From Salisapilia sapeloensis CBS 127946 (Eukaryota; Protista; Oomycota), in contig JAADVB010000047.1 in the NCBI GenBank assembly GCA_023334545.1, forward strand, positions 29,476-93,475: a stretch of DNA of 64,000 nucleotides, in the 5' to 3' direction. This document shows positions 63,473 through 64,000 of the stretch, in pieces. The notes under the pieces were generated by a model, which was not told the DNA's origin, searched no databases, and saw nothing but the letters and a program-made list of their open reading frames with translations. Made by a program: the position numbers and the translations under genes. Positions within the stretch are counted from its first letter, which is position 1. Each line of letters opens with the position of its first letter.

Positions 63473-64000
63473 CTAGTGGGAGGTGCACTTTGTGGTGTCG
63501 CCACTATTCTTCCCTTCATTGCCTGGATATCTGTCTGTCAGTCCTGACTGGGTCATACAGCGAAGACTCATAATAGATAGAGTAGTTCTACTACGAACGA
63601 GTACACCGAAGCCACTGTTGTCACGTACGATGCACCTAGAAAGGTGCTGGAGAATAGTGGTGGCTTTTGAGTTAAAAGTAAGACGCATTAAAATGTACCA
63701 CAAACTATCTTCTGCCTGGTCCAAGCCTTCATGCATAACATTTACGAGCCAAAATCTAAGATTAAAGCATATACAGGAACACTAGGTGGCTTTGTGCCAT
63801 TATTTACGCAATAGTTCTCAACCATGCTATAACATGGCTCATAGTTAATATTGTTCAAGCTGCTATACCAAGTACTCTCTTCCGGTTCGTCATACATGCC
63901 CTCGTGTTCACGCCCTAGATGCACAATTTCATTCGAGCGCAAAAACCAGACCAACCTCATTCTTGAGACGGAGAAATCCGTTAGATCGCTCCAGATCGTG
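63473..64000 (-). CDS. Possible 3' exons of a gene extending past the window end
   Basis: The minus-strand frame is open from the window edge (TIWSDLTDFSVSRMRLVWF...NNGTKPP), with a further short ORF at 63473-63736. No family recognised. Confidence 0.25.

Noticed and set aside
1-64000. Frequent CTAG/GTAC/TCGA palindromes, and introns of the GTAC…CTAG type
   Set aside because: This is only a visual impression that needs k-mer statistics. The introns share no sequence similarity, so there is no evidence for an introner family.
1-64000. Transposons, endogenous viral genes, CRISPR arrays, rDNA, telomeric repeats
   Set aside because: I saw no RT/integrase/transposase motifs, TIRs/LTRs, regularly spaced repeats, rRNA signatures or TTTAGGG arrays.

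Overview
This is a very compact, gene-dense eukaryotic window from a zoospore-forming oomycete. Evidence for that: the Ca2+-ATPase is very close to the Phytophthora/Pythium type, oomycete-type Cys/His-GGG zinc-finger genes and flagellar/BBSome genes are present, and spliceosomal GT-AG introns are short (about 50-70 nt). It holds about 38 protein-coding genes and two identical initiator tRNA-Met genes arranged as an inverted duplication. No intact mobile element, rRNA or CRISPR array is visible. The most unusual features are: (i) several cyclic-nucleotide-related genes, including a cNMP-domain/mitochondrial-carrier (SLC25-like) fusion and a myristoylated triple-cNMP/RGS fusion, with CAP and the PKA regulatory subunit close to the former; (ii) two divergent genes whose start codons are only 8 bp apart; (iii) an island of putative transcription regulators, including an uncharacterised Cys-containing putative DNA-binding protein and a 50-aa ORF; (iv) an HslV intron bounded by a direct repeat. 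All functional calls come from motif recognition by eye, and no database search was run. Exon boundaries were read manually.
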